A stretch of DNA of 64,000 nt from a virus: IMG/VR virus record IMGVR_UViG_3300045988_080466; one strand, 5' to 3'. The first letter of the stretch is position 1. Each line of letters starts with the position of its first letter. The notes under the pieces were generated by a model, which was not told where the DNA came from, made no database searches, and was given only the letters and a program-made list of their open reading frames with translations. Below are positions 20,801-32,900 of this stretch, in pieces. The translations under genes and the position numbers were made by a program.

Positions 20801-23800
20801 CTGGAAAAGAAACATCCAATGAAAATAAAGGACTTTATGACACTTCTAAGGATGAAGAAGCTGCTGCAGAGGTAATGAAAAGGAATGTTTTTGAAGAAAA
20901 TGATTTACCTAAAGCATTGAAAGAAATAGAGCAAAAAATGGATGAGGAAGCTACTGGTGACCCAAATGCAGATATTAAGGCAAGAACAATGTCCATAGGA
21001 AGTTATTATAATCATCTTGCCCTTAATATGAATGAGGATGGAATTATTCAGCCTTATAAATCTACTAATGGAATTGATGAAGATTTATCAGGATTCTCTA
21101 ACTTAATAAGTGGAAAGACTATTGAGGATATAAGGGATATTAACTTAGAATCTGGACAAGGTATTGATTTACTTTCTTCATTAGCTTATATGAGGTCTTT
21201 ATTTAAAAGGTCTGCATCTGAATTAAAAGACATAGTAAGAACTAAGTTATCATCTGCTGGTTCTGAACAATATAAGGCCCTTAGACCATTTATTGAATTA
21301 TACTTTAATGGTAAAACATCAGAAGACAGATTCAGAAGCTTCAAGGCTGCTGTTGCAAAAGGTAACTGGTTAGTTAAATTAACTAAGTACAAACCTGGAT
21401 ATGATAAAGCTTACAATGTAGAAAACCTTAAAGAACTTAAACAAGATGAATTGTTTGGAAGAATAGTATTCCAGTTAAAGACTAAGGACGGATATCTTGA
21501 TATTACTTTAGGAAGTACTACTGCCATTGATAAAATCATACAAAGTTCTGGCAATACAGAATTTGTAAATATCTTGAATGATAGAGCAACTCTAAACTCT
21601 AAAATAGACCAAAAGGGACAAGTATATTTCAGACTTACAGATTTTAAAGCAAAAAAGAAAGGAATTTCTTTTGGTAATAAAATCTTTAAGAATAAGAATT
21701 ACAACAAGTTAGATATGGTCAGACAGAAGTACAACAGAGGTAAAACTCTTGACCAAACTATGAGAGAGCATCCAGAAATATTGTTCAGTGACATTTATAT
21801 GGACGGCGCTGTTGAACTTGACGGAAAAGCTAAGAGAGTTGTTAAGGGCTATCCTACAGTCTTTATGAGTGACGACTTATGGAATGTTACTACTTCAGAA
21901 CTACTCGATAGACACTTACAGAAAATGCAGTATTTAGGAACTGATGAAACTGCACCTTTCTTTGAAGTAACAAAAGGACATTTAAATCTTAGAGGGCTTT
22001 CCTTGATTGACTTTATGAAAGAATGGGGAAGACTTGAAGGAGAAGGTGGAGGAAAAATCTATGGTGCTAAAGAGTTCTTTATGCTGGCTAGGCCAGTGGA
22101 AGCTGCCAGATTCTTATACAGTATGTTAAGACTTAAAGAAGCAACAGTTCAAGATATTGAGCTTTACAATCAAGGAGTTGAAACCTTTAATAACAATCTA
22201 CTTCCGTCAGAAGAAGACCTTAAAAAGGATAAGATCGCTGTTGACCCTACTGGTGACGGAATTAGAGTAAGTGAATCTTCTCTTAATGAAGTGAAGGCTA
22301 AAATTACTAATATGCTGAATGATTTAAAAAATTCATTCCCTAGCTTGGTAATGGGTAGACTTAAACCAGTCAAAACTACTAAAGCAGCTGGACAAGTTGA
22401 GGCTCAAGACAGTAACACCCAATATTCTGTAAAGAATACGTCTTACTATATGCGTATGGCTATTTCTCCGTCAGAACAGTTCGAAATGCTAAGAGATTTC
22501 GGAGTTCTTCCAGAGTATGACCCAAGTGGGCCTTCGAATTATATTGTAAAGACTTTGCAGAATTTATCTAAGACTAATTCTAACTTAACAACTTTATTGG
22601 AGAAATTAGTAAATCCAGATGATGATATTTACAGTTCTCCAGATATAGACCCACAAATAACTAAAAATGCTGAATCAAAGAACCGTGCAATTCAAACCTT
22701 TTTAAGGATTCAACAATCTATACAAGGATATGAAGCACCTTCAACAGCTGCGATGCTCCCATTAATTAAAAGAGGAGTTATGGCTGGATTCACAGCAAGT
22801 ACTAACGTTATTCGTCACTTATTCTACAATACTATATCGGAGTATGGCCCAGGTGATTTTGCCACATTTAAGCAAGCTATCGACTATGGAAATCTATACA
22901 AATACGGAGTATGGACTAACGGTATAGATACTGCAAGAAATGATAATGTACAATTTGGATACTATATATCTGCTTTAGGTCAGCAACAAGTATACTTCGA
23001 TGGACCTATCCAGACTCCAAATTATTATATTAATTACGATGCATTAGAAACCGACCAAGAATTTGAAGTAAATCAACCTACTCAAGTTGTACCGGTACAA
23101 GGTCCGCCAGTTGTAGAAGAGGCTCCTGTAGTAGAACAAATTAGTGATAAAATGAAGTTACTTAATGCACAACAAGATTTGATTGCAAATATTTTGAGTT
23201 CTGTGGAAAATAATGTAACTTTGCAAAAGGATGAAATTAAAAGGATGCTAGAGACAATAGACATTACTAAGTTCAACTTAAATGGTGAAACTGTTGAGGA
23301 TAGAATCCAATCATTCAATGCCCAATATATAAGTAAGGTACGTGATAAATTAGCAAGTCTGCCAAGGAGACTCTATACGAACAGCAGTGATGTTGCGACA
23401 ATAACTCCTGAATATCTTATTGATAAAAACAATAATATTATTCCAGACCCTAATGCAATTGTTTCGTTTGCTGAACATATAAATGAAAATGAGTTACTGA
23501 AAAATACAGAAATAAATACTGTAACCCTTGAAGATAGTGATATAAAACTAAATGCAGAAGAACAAACCTTTACTGTAAGAGTAAATGGAAATGATTATGT
23601 ATTTGGATTTGAGGAAAATGAAGCTATTCTAAAGGATATACATCCTTTACCTCAAGATGAAAATCCTCAAATTAAGTTCGTAGAAGAATTTAACAAGGGA
23701 GTACAATCACTAATATCTTCTTTAGGTAAGAATGAGGATATCACTAAAATGACTAAAGTACAACTAATGAAATACAACAAAGGAAAAGCAGTGGCTGAAT

Positions 23801-23988
23801 TATTATCTACATTAGATATTAATGCGATAGCTAGTGAATTATTTGACCCTGATACTTTTGTTTTTGAGGTGGTTGACAAGTATCTTCCAGCAGATGGTGA
23901 TGCTTCTGCTAAAGAAGGAGTAAGGAATAAAATACAATCTGTTAGAGATTCACTTATAAAGAATAACGAAGGAAAACCAAATTGTTAA
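14827..23988 (+). CDS. giant multidomain protein (3053 aa) with embedded SF1 (RecD/Pif1/Dda-like) helicase core
   Basis: Uninterrupted 9.2-kb ORF. N-terminal hydrophobic Gly-rich segments, helicase motifs at aa ~1560-1915, and acidic Pro/Thr/Glu linkers downstream. Confidence 0.75.
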   Translation: MENVQQNDWFATILYNPDKDFKNFKEAGLDAANTGLKDRESYKDIQAVQDQFKDAEGNFDEKLYNQFYDSAVRTYNTFVQGNIEDTFLRNMVKSPLDILSDRSTPSQKPLFIVQKVSNPTLKSQGINSLFGEGKALRSYREAAQTQRVVDYKTGKELDWTPDDDDKSGFFDFMFIEPLVEAKWEEDGYHKDEYGRDIKHFAGDYKLNANGMPYYETLGDRDAANKSFLHWTDTLTTTGSKWDKYNFLASDGIDKSVAGTTAKMIATIAPLFIPYVGQAYGIATASAYFGQALAVFGKTVIDAIGDDTASKKPGLWQFLNKIDSSVRKFDSSVSDAGNQGMFNYEQFANLVTDVVGQLYQQRSIAKIPQWIGWDARSAKNSKAFVEAHNADYLKKYGKTLRQAIKDGDVASDYTKLVNNDLLNAITAKQGTINSFAKNGSQFYMAMTQSKDMYDTFKENGFSDVTTAIGMGAALYGFSKLFNSSLGEVALSGLGLDDLKQANKRLIREFTKEMKPQLELVEKTSSNITNSGKIKWIKNLGEKFKGFYEKHLVNDPEGWIANSVKESIEEVSEEALQDVIFESSNVIDWTFNKLGWTQKGGNYEFTQSNPLERYLMSALGGAVGGAIFPAITKMENIKDGVPNIQKNIPENLAIDIATMIRNNGVQKSVDLLKKSIDKGEVGSTTLSMTLSTNTTDDGRVYYEPAKKREDSQNNIVGNILINYLYAVDSVINNEGYNLKDDEVVNNSLMKDFRLKQLADTGVGEEILYDFQKQLQGLITAAIELKSASESSEVSKIKQRYDEFKQRVDDTLSGKRAGEYAEMMAYKLNRGLMSPFAAPDIYAYSRYVRGINYATATEQQKKDLEADYEKYTQSDQKEKINLGYEIFKNLKAETAEPILRYRDSQIYKYKSQLYDVISKLNDSQNISKLSDTEIAEYKEEVRNGRSDDQIIADANLNPEENVYSAQQKAKIVDSYLEREIWNSNPGSDKKHPKPFGKAYVQNLKNMLENMKQHMSIGVDPILNQRRTGELQVLFESINNIVQSTGFIDAETKQMIDTVKQSYNRFSPENFVNRLTIFMDPFKGFTFEDSYYNDVLTSNSTYLGKIDEVDPSIVEELGDSKGEYVFEDEEGYYALTQNEMQNVFMDMFTTEFTGANSEELLGGILTDGNINENSLNSSFKKNPDFSVFNKQLLEYLNLDADRIGLLGEIDKMSTAALQDNPVWDMLGRLSTNLIGEDVFKLLKAEEGDYKSTASLYDYVISNELTREQLETANTATQILSHSIIPYLTGNEGVFNMIDIANQYKRNMGAQEDVPLTQEEAQTIQTELQNIQQKIAWLLAVNDMNSGSKTVDSSKTMGRLNSMFALILSGNTADSTLSRLKNLSYTDADENEQTFIEEDLLTGDELVKLQEIIANGKNDEESLRFSNETLLRVSKALYDKFSGLTSEQKEEIIGKIAGTDIIDYNDYGASKFKRNSTYQDIKGIDLATYLLSILAVNPEEMQSVLRKAIISNPSHAPFYNQMFSAQEMFALYKNPVLFNKFLQKTYEFKPIQNKEFYTKNTFTKNIITVLGGAGTGKSTGVAKVAYNMIKIDNPDATVMVSGPKADVGERLAATLGIDKSYDRLQLWQALLTESGWEKVKKAISEFRNPPEEKGETPYLVDGNPEIYNQNFLTEEDVNIAALPDVLFVDEFTHFSGIEMQMLASLSKFVDKDMVIYALGDNKQEGVINPRNGEELDLTGMYFGTPVLTSSIRANNVHKKDNLDKVSSILSELIDKEQDSQLNGTQLNIKSTMRDIRSKSLLKYYELKTDKEIILHGDKLVDENELNVDYLQGLINNLKEGERIALITDNVLSDFRKDVFHQFEEKYPGQVVVRDSRDVQGSEFKYTIVDVNWTDTTNQNTFIKDLKYFYTLMSRSADGNLIVKKNYNMVAKSDRASTTSTSELKADDIDGYKKLILSVLKDVKPDTEEVPVATTEGEEVGETIPATPEEVPATDGNTGKETSNENKGLYDTSKDEEAAAEVMKRNVFEENDLPKALKEIEQKMDEEATGDPNADIKARTMSIGSYYNHLALNMNEDGIIQPYKSTNGIDEDLSGFSNLISGKTIEDIRDINLESGQGIDLLSSLAYMRSLFKRSASELKDIVRTKLSSAGSEQYKALRPFIELYFNGKTSEDRFRSFKAAVAKGNWLVKLTKYKPGYDKAYNVENLKELKQDELFGRIVFQLKTKDGYLDITLGSTTAIDKIIQSSGNTEFVNILNDRATLNSKIDQKGQVYFRLTDFKAKKKGISFGNKIFKNKNYNKLDMVRQKYNRGKTLDQTMREHPEILFSDIYMDGAVELDGKAKRVVKGYPTVFMSDDLWNVTTSELLDRHLQKMQYLGTDETAPFFEVTKGHLNLRGLSLIDFMKEWGRLEGEGGGKIYGAKEFFMLARPVEAARFLYSMLRLKEATVQDIELYNQGVETFNNNLLPSEEDLKKDKIAVDPTGDGIRVSESSLNEVKAKITNMLNDLKNSFPSLVMGRLKPVKTTKAAGQVEAQDSNTQYSVKNTSYYMRMAISPSEQFEMLRDFGVLPEYDPSGPSNYIVKTLQNLSKTNSNLTTLLEKLVNPDDDIYSSPDIDPQITKNAESKNRAIQTFLRIQQSIQGYEAPSTAAMLPLIKRGVMAGFTASTNVIRHLFYNTISEYGPGDFATFKQAIDYGNLYKYGVWTNGIDTARNDNVQFGYYISALGQQQVYFDGPIQTPNYYINYDALETDQEFEVNQPTQVVPVQGPPVVEEAPVVEQISDKMKLLNAQQDLIANILSSVENNVTLQKDEIKRMLETIDITKFNLNGETVEDRIQSFNAQYISKVRDKLASLPRRLYTNSSDVATITPEYLIDKNNNIIPDPNAIVSFAEHINENELLKNTEINTVTLEDSDIKLNAEEQTFTVRVNGNDYVFGFEENEAILKDIHPLPQDENPQIKFVEEFNKGVQSLISSLGKNEDITKMTKVQLMKYNKGKAVAELLSTLDINAIASELFDPDTFVFEVVDKYLPADGDASAKEGVRNKIQSVRDSLIKNNEGKPNC
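19501..20580 (+). other. SF1 helicase domain within the 3053-aa ORF
   Basis: Walker A GGAGTGKST (19522-19548), Walker B LFVDEFTHF (DE at 19876-19881), ALGDNKQ (motif III-like), DVQGSEFKYTIVDV (QGSEF at 20446-20460) and FYTLMSRSADGNLIV (motif VI-like). Confidence 0.7.
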
Positions 23989-23989
23989 A

Positions 23990-26900
23990 ATGATTAAATG
24001 TAGAGTTGTTCCAGAAATAACGGAAATCGGTGCTGCCTACGATGCGGCTATCGAAAACTTTCCGGACAATTTAGAACCAGATTCAGTTGAAGGTAGGAGA
24101 GAGGTAATCTCTTCTGCCTTAAACTATTTAAAAGATAATGGGATAGTCCCATCACAACAAAGTCTAGGTCTAATTCAAAATGAATTGATTAGATACGATA
24201 GAGATGGTTATGAAGGTATATTCGGCTTTGCCACAAATGAAAAAGAAACTAGAGACTTAATAGAACAAAACTGGGATATTGTATCAATAGATGAAGATGC
24301 TAAGAATATAGCACCAGAAGCTAACGATTTCCCACAAGCTCCTATTCCCTCTATTAGTGAAGGATTGGATTCTATATTTGATAATATCAACGACCAATCG
24401 AGATTTGTTAGACATTTCCAAAATGAATTAACAAGATTTGCCTTCGTAAATTATAATCTTAATAAACTTATATCTACTAATAGAGATTTAAATGATTCTA
24501 TTAGAATGTATAAGAATCAAATCTTCCAAGAACTTGCAAAGGAAATAGGAAGCCCTGTTACTCAAATGTATGCAGGAAGAGAGTTTCAGTTAGAAGCCTA
24601 TAACAATCTTATTAAAGATGCAAGAATATATTTCTTCGAAGATGTGAAAGACGGAGTGTTTGTATCAACTGACCAAGATAGAATCAATGCATATAATAAA
24701 TATGTAATACTTACTAATTTTGATGGATTCTTATTACGTTATAGTAAGAATATCATTCAAGTAGCAAGAGGATTCGTGGGAGGACATATAGACCCTAAAG
24801 CTGGATATAAGTACACCTTTAACTTAGGAAAGCATATCAAACAGGATTATAATAATGAACTTCAAGATATTAATGAACACGTTAATGGAGCTGTTCAAAT
24901 GTTTGTTAATTCCATACCTATGGTAGATGAACATAATAATCCTACAGGACAATATGTTGAATTTAAGACATTCAACTCTCTTACTAGAATCTTTAGAAAT
25001 ATCTCTGAAAATAACCCAGGCATTACTAGAGAAATAAGAAATAACCCAAGAGAAGCCATTAAAGAAATTATCAATATTGCATATAATAATAGTAAAACAT
25101 ACTTCAAAGGAAATGATGCAACATTATATCCTACCTTTAGAAGTGTGAGACGTGCTGTATTTGATATAACAAATCCTTCTAGCTTAGCTTCTTTAGAAAG
25201 TAGTATAACTAGTCCAGACCAGATGAACTTATTCTCAATGATATTAAATCATATTAATAAGACATCTCCTGTAAGTTATCTGCAATACAAGTATAATCCA
25301 GATACAGGTAAATATGTTGTAAGTTACTTGGATAGTGAGTCAATTTCTCAAAAGAGAACTGACTTAGAAAAACACTTAATGATTCAGAGTACTTATGATA
25401 ATTTCTCTGACATCTTTTCTAAACACTCAATTAATCCAGTTGAAGATGCTGACGGAGTTGTAAGTAATATTACCTTTAATATTGGAGGAGCACATTACAA
25501 TTACAACTTATCAAATAAAGCTCTTACTAAGAATGGGATTGTTGTTCAAGATTATTTGTCTGAATTACTAAGTAATAGAAGTGGTTGGGGACAATTCTTC
25601 TCCGATGTTATGAGAAAGCCCATCGATGCAACATTTATTGAAACAGCAACAGAGGTTAACGATTCAGAAGACTTAAAAGGATTCCTAAATGTAGCTATGG
25701 CTACTGTTATTAACGCTGATGCTAAAGATGCTGCAATTAAGGCAGGAGAAACTTTAAAGGATGTTATTTCTACTAGGTATTCGAGAATAATTCCAGAAGA
25801 TAGTAAAGCTACAACATATTATGATAGAAGACTTGATTCTTTAAGAATTGGTGGTATACTTGATGGACTTAGAGGACTAATTGCATTAAGTAGAACTATT
25901 GCAGCAAACAATAGAGATACTACTAAGAGTTATGTAAAAAATGCTGATGGGAACAGCCTCCCAAAGTATCGTTTGACTAGTGCTGGTAATGATGACTCTT
26001 ATATCTTAAACGATATTAGGAGCATAGCCAATTTCAATCCCAGAAATCCAATGAATAGTAACTTATTTATTAGTACTGATGGACTATTAACAGGAACAGC
26101 CTTAAAGACTGACTTTACTAATTCAGAAGGAACGTCAAAGAATATATTTAAAATGCAAGCTAATGAGCTTCTATATTCTCAATTTGTATTTGATTATTTA
26201 CAAACAAGAGACAAGAACTCAGCTAATAGACAATCAAATGAACTTGCAGGCATTGTTGCAATTCAGCCAACTACTTATTCAGATAAATCAAATATTTGGG
26301 TAAAGTTAGTGGATTTGTATAAGACATTGTCTTTCAAAGATATGTATGGAAACAATCTATTCGAAGGTAAATCTTTATCTGATTTAACAGTTAATGAACT
26401 TAATCAGCTAAGATTTTCTACATTACATGGAATGTTTCAAGGTCTATCTAATCAACTTGTAAATGACTATAAGATGTTATTTGCGGCAGTTGACGGAGTA
26501 TATGTTAATGAACTTGGGGAATTTGATGAAACAGACTACAAGCAAATGAGTCCAGCTCTTAAAGCCTTAGTTGAGAAACAGACTCAATATATAGGTGATG
26601 AAGGAAGTTATGAATATTATGGATATAAAGAAGGATTAACTGTTGAGGATTTCATTCCAATGTTATCTAAACTTGATACTGATACAATCCATAATGCAAT
26701 ATATATGCTCCAATCAATGGGGCAGGATATAACTATTCTTCCAGAAGTTCACTACATCCAGACTAAAAAAGGACTTGCATTTAATACAACATTGCTTGAA
26801 AATATAAAGAGTTATTCTCTGAGAGACAAGAGCAACCAATCTACTTTAGACAACATTAGTGATAGTTATTGGACTAAGAAAAAAGAAGAGGATAAATTAT

Positions 26901-29900
26901 ATGCCCTAACTTTAAAAATGAGTGATGTGAGATTCGACCTATATGATGAATTTGGCAAAGAGGTTACTACTCTTACTGAAAACATTAATAGAGAAGCTTC
27001 TCAAAAGGACTTCGTTGATAGACTTACTCTTAAAGCTAAACAGGAACTATACAATAAGTTGCATATAGAATCTGATGAAAATGCAACATACGAAAATATT
27101 TGGATTAACAATAGAACTCAAAGACTAAATAATTACTACATTCTTAAAAAGAACGGAAGTAAATACGATATAGTTGATGATATAGATTTTATGAAAGTTG
27201 CAGGTAATACAGACTATGAAGTAGTACTTAACCCTGACTTAGACCTTTATAAGTCCATTGACAATTTAGTTAGTGACAACTACAATGCAGCAACTATTGG
27301 ACTTCCATTTTTGCATCCTGCTAAGAAAGCAGCAGTTGCAAATGATGCTCCGCTCATTGATAAAATCAATGAAGAAGCAGCAAGAACAACGGCTATGTAT
27401 AAGAGAGGTGTAGTAGTTGGAGCTACAATTCATCCATTCATCAAAGGTAAGATTACTGGTATTCCGGATACTTACAAACTTGCAATAATTGAAGACTTAA
27501 AAACTCCAGTATTCAATGTACAGGGAGATGATGATGGAGCTACACAATTTGACGGTGGTATCTTCCTAAATCCTATGATTGCAAGATACGAGCAAAACTC
27601 TCTTGAAGAAATTGAAATGAGTCCTATCCATAGAAAACCGCTTGGATATTTCTCTCTTTCAAATTATCTATCTTCTGGATTGTTAAAATGTGCTACCTTC
27701 GCTGTTACTAATGAGTATCTAAGAGCAGCACAGACTGGTGATGTTATAGGTAACTCCTTATTAAAACAAATGCTTGATGTTCAATGGGATATTCCAAATC
27801 TTGATATTACAGTTGATAGAAACGGAAGAAAAATCTCTTACAATGGACAAATGTATAGAGACATCAATACTCTTAAATATTGGAGCATTAATAATATTGA
27901 GAAGCTTAACAAGATAGGTTATGATGAAAATGGCAACCTTGACAATACATATGAAATTACTAGAACTCAAATTGATAAGAATGGACAAGCTCTAAAAAGA
28001 GATGGTTCTATCATTACTGAAAAAATCAGGGTTAGAATTGATACTAACTATGATTTATGGATGGCTTTAGGTGGAGAGTTCTCCGTATCAAGAGACGGTA
28101 AGACTTTAAAAGAGAGTGAATCTTCATTGGATAAACTGACAGAAGTAGGAAACCAAGTAGCTTTCAATAGAAACAACATTGATGATATCCCTCTTATTCA
28201 AGAAGCTAGACGTCATGGAGCTAGAATAGATATTTATCCAACTGGTTTTGATGAAGATGTATCTCAAAATACATACTATCAACCAATGAAATTCTCTGGT
28301 ATTGCTTACCTTGCTACTGCTGGTGCAGTTAAAAATGGTATGGCTAATGTAAATCCAGGAAGATTGTTTAAGAACGGATATAATCCAAATATTCAAGCCC
28401 TTGAGGATTCTGACAGAATAATTTACGGACATCCTGCTATTGGTAAAACTTATGCAAAAGCAAGACATGATTCATTCCTATCATTTGACGACGATTATGG
28501 TAATGCTATTAGGAACTTTGTTGACAAAAGACTTAAGGAAGGACAAACTCGTCAAGACTATAAGAGAGAATCCCCGGAGGAATATAGACAGTTCTTACTT
28601 GGACTTTATGAAACCGCCAAGGCTAAAGCTAATGATGAAGGAAAAAGATTATTCTTCTCTGATTCAATCTTATTACAGGCTTTAGATGAAACTGGAAGAC
28701 TTGAAGAGGTAGACAAAGCTCTTTCTATGAACCCTGATGAATTTGTAGAGAGAAGTAGAAATAGAGGAGAAATGGATGATGCAAATACAAGGGATTGGAA
28801 AAATACTATTGATTTGTATCTTAATAAAATTTCTGACAGAATAGTTAATGTAGGAAGAAATTATTTACTCGACATTCTTGACAATACTAGAAAGAAACAT
28901 CAACGCTCTCAACTTACATATATTAATATCAAACCAGACTTTATTGGAATCCAGCTAAATGCTGAACACAGTGTTGATGAAGCTGAAGTATCTGAAATGA
29001 CACAGGTAATTTCTGCACTTGAACAAATGAGTACAAGTCATGGAATGGCTAATCAAGTGTATGAAGATATTGGTAGAGTAATTGCAAGGGGTCTGCAAGA
29101 ATATAACTTCGATGCGAACAGTGAAGAGGATAAAACTAGAGTATATAAAATCTTAGGTAGAGACTTATTAAGAACATTCTCAACCGGAGATAAGGACAGA
29201 CTAGGACTTGCAGGAGCTTATATGGAATTAGTAAAAAAAGACATCCTTAGTGATAAATCTTTACAGGATATGGCATATAAGATTCCATTTGATGATAACA
29301 ATATCTTTGGTGTATTTACTAATGGATTTACTAATGGAATCAATAGAGACATCATTAAACGTAAATATGCTGGACTTCAAGCTATTTTGAATCCTTCTCA
29401 CGATGTTGTTACAGTATATGACGGCCCAGATGGTGGAGTTCTTAAATATTCTGATATTCTTGGAAGAGTTAATACTCCCGCTGAAAGAGACGCTATCTTC
29501 AGAAAAATGGATACAGAAGTGGAAATTGGAGAAATCAGAGCAGGCGACTGGGTTTCAATACAAGGTGGAGAACCTGTTAAAGTTCTTAACTATCGTAGTA
29601 AAGCTCCAGGAACAATAGGTATTATAGACCTAAAGGATATGAGACTTAATGGAATATTATCTGTTAAACGTCTTGGCTCTAAAGGTAGAAATCTACGTTC
29701 TGCAAACCACGTTATTAAATTAGTTGATGGAAGTTCTTCTAACGGATTTACTACATTTGATGCTTATGACTTAGACACTTCAAGACTTTCTTGGGATTTA
29801 AAAGAAAAGAACTGGGTAGATAATGTAAAGAACAACCCAATGCAGTTACAAGCTTGGAATGAAATAGTTCAGAGAATCTATGATAAATATGGAAGAACCA

Positions 29901-32900
29901 TTACTTTTAATACAGATAAAGGAGAAATTAACGGATATTTAAGAGATTTAATCACTGATGATTTAGCTGAAATAGCACAGGGAAGGTATAGAATCCCAGT
30001 AGCTTATAGAAGCGGAGAAAATATCTTTGCACAGGTTGCAGAAGATAGATTTGATGCTAATGAACTTGCTATTGGTAAGAATACTGCTTCCAAGTTTGGA
30101 TTAAAGATTGGTGACTCTTTAAGTGAAATTGAAGCAACTGGACCTTTATTCTTTGAAAGAAGACAAAGAGAAATCTTAAATACTGATATAGGCAGCAACA
30201 ATTATGACATGTACTTTGTTAAAAACAATAAACAACATTTACATGTTATGTTAAGCAACAATCCTGCATCTAAAGCCAGAATTGATTCCTTAATAAAGGA
30301 TGGAATTATGGTTGAAGATAAAGGAGTTGAAAAGACAACAGTCAATGGTAAAAACTATGTGATAGTAGACGGGCAAATAGGTTATAGAATTGATGATGAT
30401 TCTAAGTTCTATAATTACATTACGTCTGCAGGAGAAAGTAGACAAGTCCTAGTTACATCTGATGTAGACACTTTAAGAGGAATTGATAAGTCTAAATTAT
30501 ATAGCAATGCTGTATATAAGTATAGCTCTGGAAACATTGCAACTTTATTCCCATTACAAATAAACTCAATGTTTACTTCTTTAGAAGATAAAGCCATACT
30601 AGAAGAATGGTATGATGCTCTTAAAGAAGCAGAAACTGAACAGGATAAGTACGATATTGCAAATGAAGTGAATGAGCAAACAGCTTTAAATCTTGAAAGA
30701 AGAATTAAGAAATCTGCACAAGACACTTTCACTTCCTGGCAAGAAGCTCTAAAGTTCATTGTGGCTCGTATTCCTTCGCAGTCTATGCAGTCATTTATGA
30801 ACATGAAAGTAGCAATGTTTACTGAATCAGAAACAAATATTTGTTATGTCCCAGTAGAACAGATTTGGTATCAAGGTTCCGACTTCGATATTGATAAAGC
30901 TTTTATGTTGGGAGCTAGTATCTCTAATCAAGGTATTTATTATAATTGGAGTCCGCTATTTAACTTTAATAGTCAGGAATTACTTTCTATATCTCATGAT
31001 TTACCATTCCCTACTGGATATAAATATTTCTTAGATAATGAAGTAGGATTCCCTCTTGAAGGTGATTATTCGAACTTATTTGGTAAAACTTATGATGAAA
31101 TTACACACGACCCTATATTATTTAGGAGTTTAGTAAATCTAATAAGAGAAGTTAGTAAATTCCCTCCGAGTGGAAATGCTAATATGGTTAAAATTGCAGG
31201 TCTTAATGAAGAATTAATTGACCTAATAGGAATCCATAATGAGTATGAACTTGGGGAAGCTGATTATCAAGAAGCAATTAAGAATAAAGTATTTAATGCT
31301 TTATGGAGAATTGGAGCTGATGTTAAGAACGTAGTTTCTGCAACATCTCCTATCTCAATGGGTCCTGCTCAAGATGCTGCTGCTGCTTCCACATCTGGAC
31401 AGTTCAGTAAGCTAGTATCTAATGAAAATCCGGGAGCTAGAGTAATTCTACAATACCAGAACTCTATTGGTAAAGACGGTATTGGTGTATATGCTACTGG
31501 TATTAAAGTATTCTCTATCTTACTTAACTACTATAATGAAAAATTAAGTAAAGCAACAGAAGATAATCTAAATAGATATACCTTTTATAATGAGAATAGT
31601 GAAAACAAGGGAACAATAGAAGTATATGACAATGAAGGTAATAAACATATTATTCAACAGAGCCCTACACTTCCTAATGTTAAAGTAGACCCAACAACTA
31701 ATCCTGCATTATTAAGTCTTGCAGAAGCAATAATCAAGAGAGGATTCCAAGAAGACGTATTCTTAACTGACTCTGTGCTTCTATCTGCTGCTACCGATAA
31801 TGCTAAAGAACTTATTCTTGAAAAGATTAATGCTGGTCCAGACCTTGCATCTGTTTACATTTATTTATTTGCGACTGGAGTAGACTTTAAAACAGCTTCT
31901 GACTTTATGACAACAAGAGCTGTAACAATGGCTCAAAATAAAGCCAAGACCGATATTCTATATATAAATGGTAAGAAAAATAATCTGGATAAGGCTGTTA
32001 GATATTATACTGAACTAGCTGACCCAGATAATTATATACCGCAGATTTACCAACAATCTATAATTGATTGGGGTAATGACACACTGGCTAAGTTATCTAA
32101 TGACCCAGAGATTGGAGCTGAACTTAAGGAAATTATGAAATCTGAAACTAAGTTCTATAACATTCTTAATAAGATAACTAATCAGAAAATCTTAGATGCA
32201 ATTCTTGATTATGCTTATAATAGCAATAGTCCACTTAAAATATTTAAGAAAGAATTAGCTAAGAAGAAAACAAGAGCTGAAATGGAGCTTGAATGGGAAG
32301 GAGCTTTAGACTCTGAAGAAGATTGGATGCAAGCTGAAGATTCTGAAGATTTTAGAATTTACAATACTGGAGACAATAAATCTGAACAACTTAGATATAT
32401 ATTCTCAAGGTATATAGACGAGTTGAAGAGAAGAAGAGACGAACTTAATACTCTTACCGATGGAGACTTACATAACATGAAAGTTTTATTAGAACTTAAA
32501 CAGAAGTCAGATGAGCTTACTAGACTTGGAAGACTTGGAAGTTTAAATCAAGGTATTAAGACTAAGTTAATGGATAAAATTAAATACATCAACCAAATTG
32601 AGAGCTTTATTAATAGGAAGTTTACAACCTTTAATAAAACTAACGAACTCAATCCAGAAGATGAAGGATATTTAACTCCTAACTTTAACTTAATAGAGTT
32701 TATTCAGAATCCAGAGTATAAACAGCAAATGATTGATGCTTATGAACAAGCTAAAGATACATTCAATATTCTAGACATTATCACATCTGTCCCTCACTTT
32801 AACGAAATGTTAAATGCTATGGCAGTAGATGATAAACTTTTAGGATTCTATGCTTCTAAATATACTCTTACTAAGAATCTAGCAATGTCCGCATTACATG

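Noticed and set aside
28440-28685. Same-strand alternative-frame ORFs inside giant genes (28440-28685, 29403-29618, 38129-38368, 39347-39613, 40205-40387).
   Set aside because: They are short, embedded in a continuous long frame, have no motifs, and have no start context or coupling signals.
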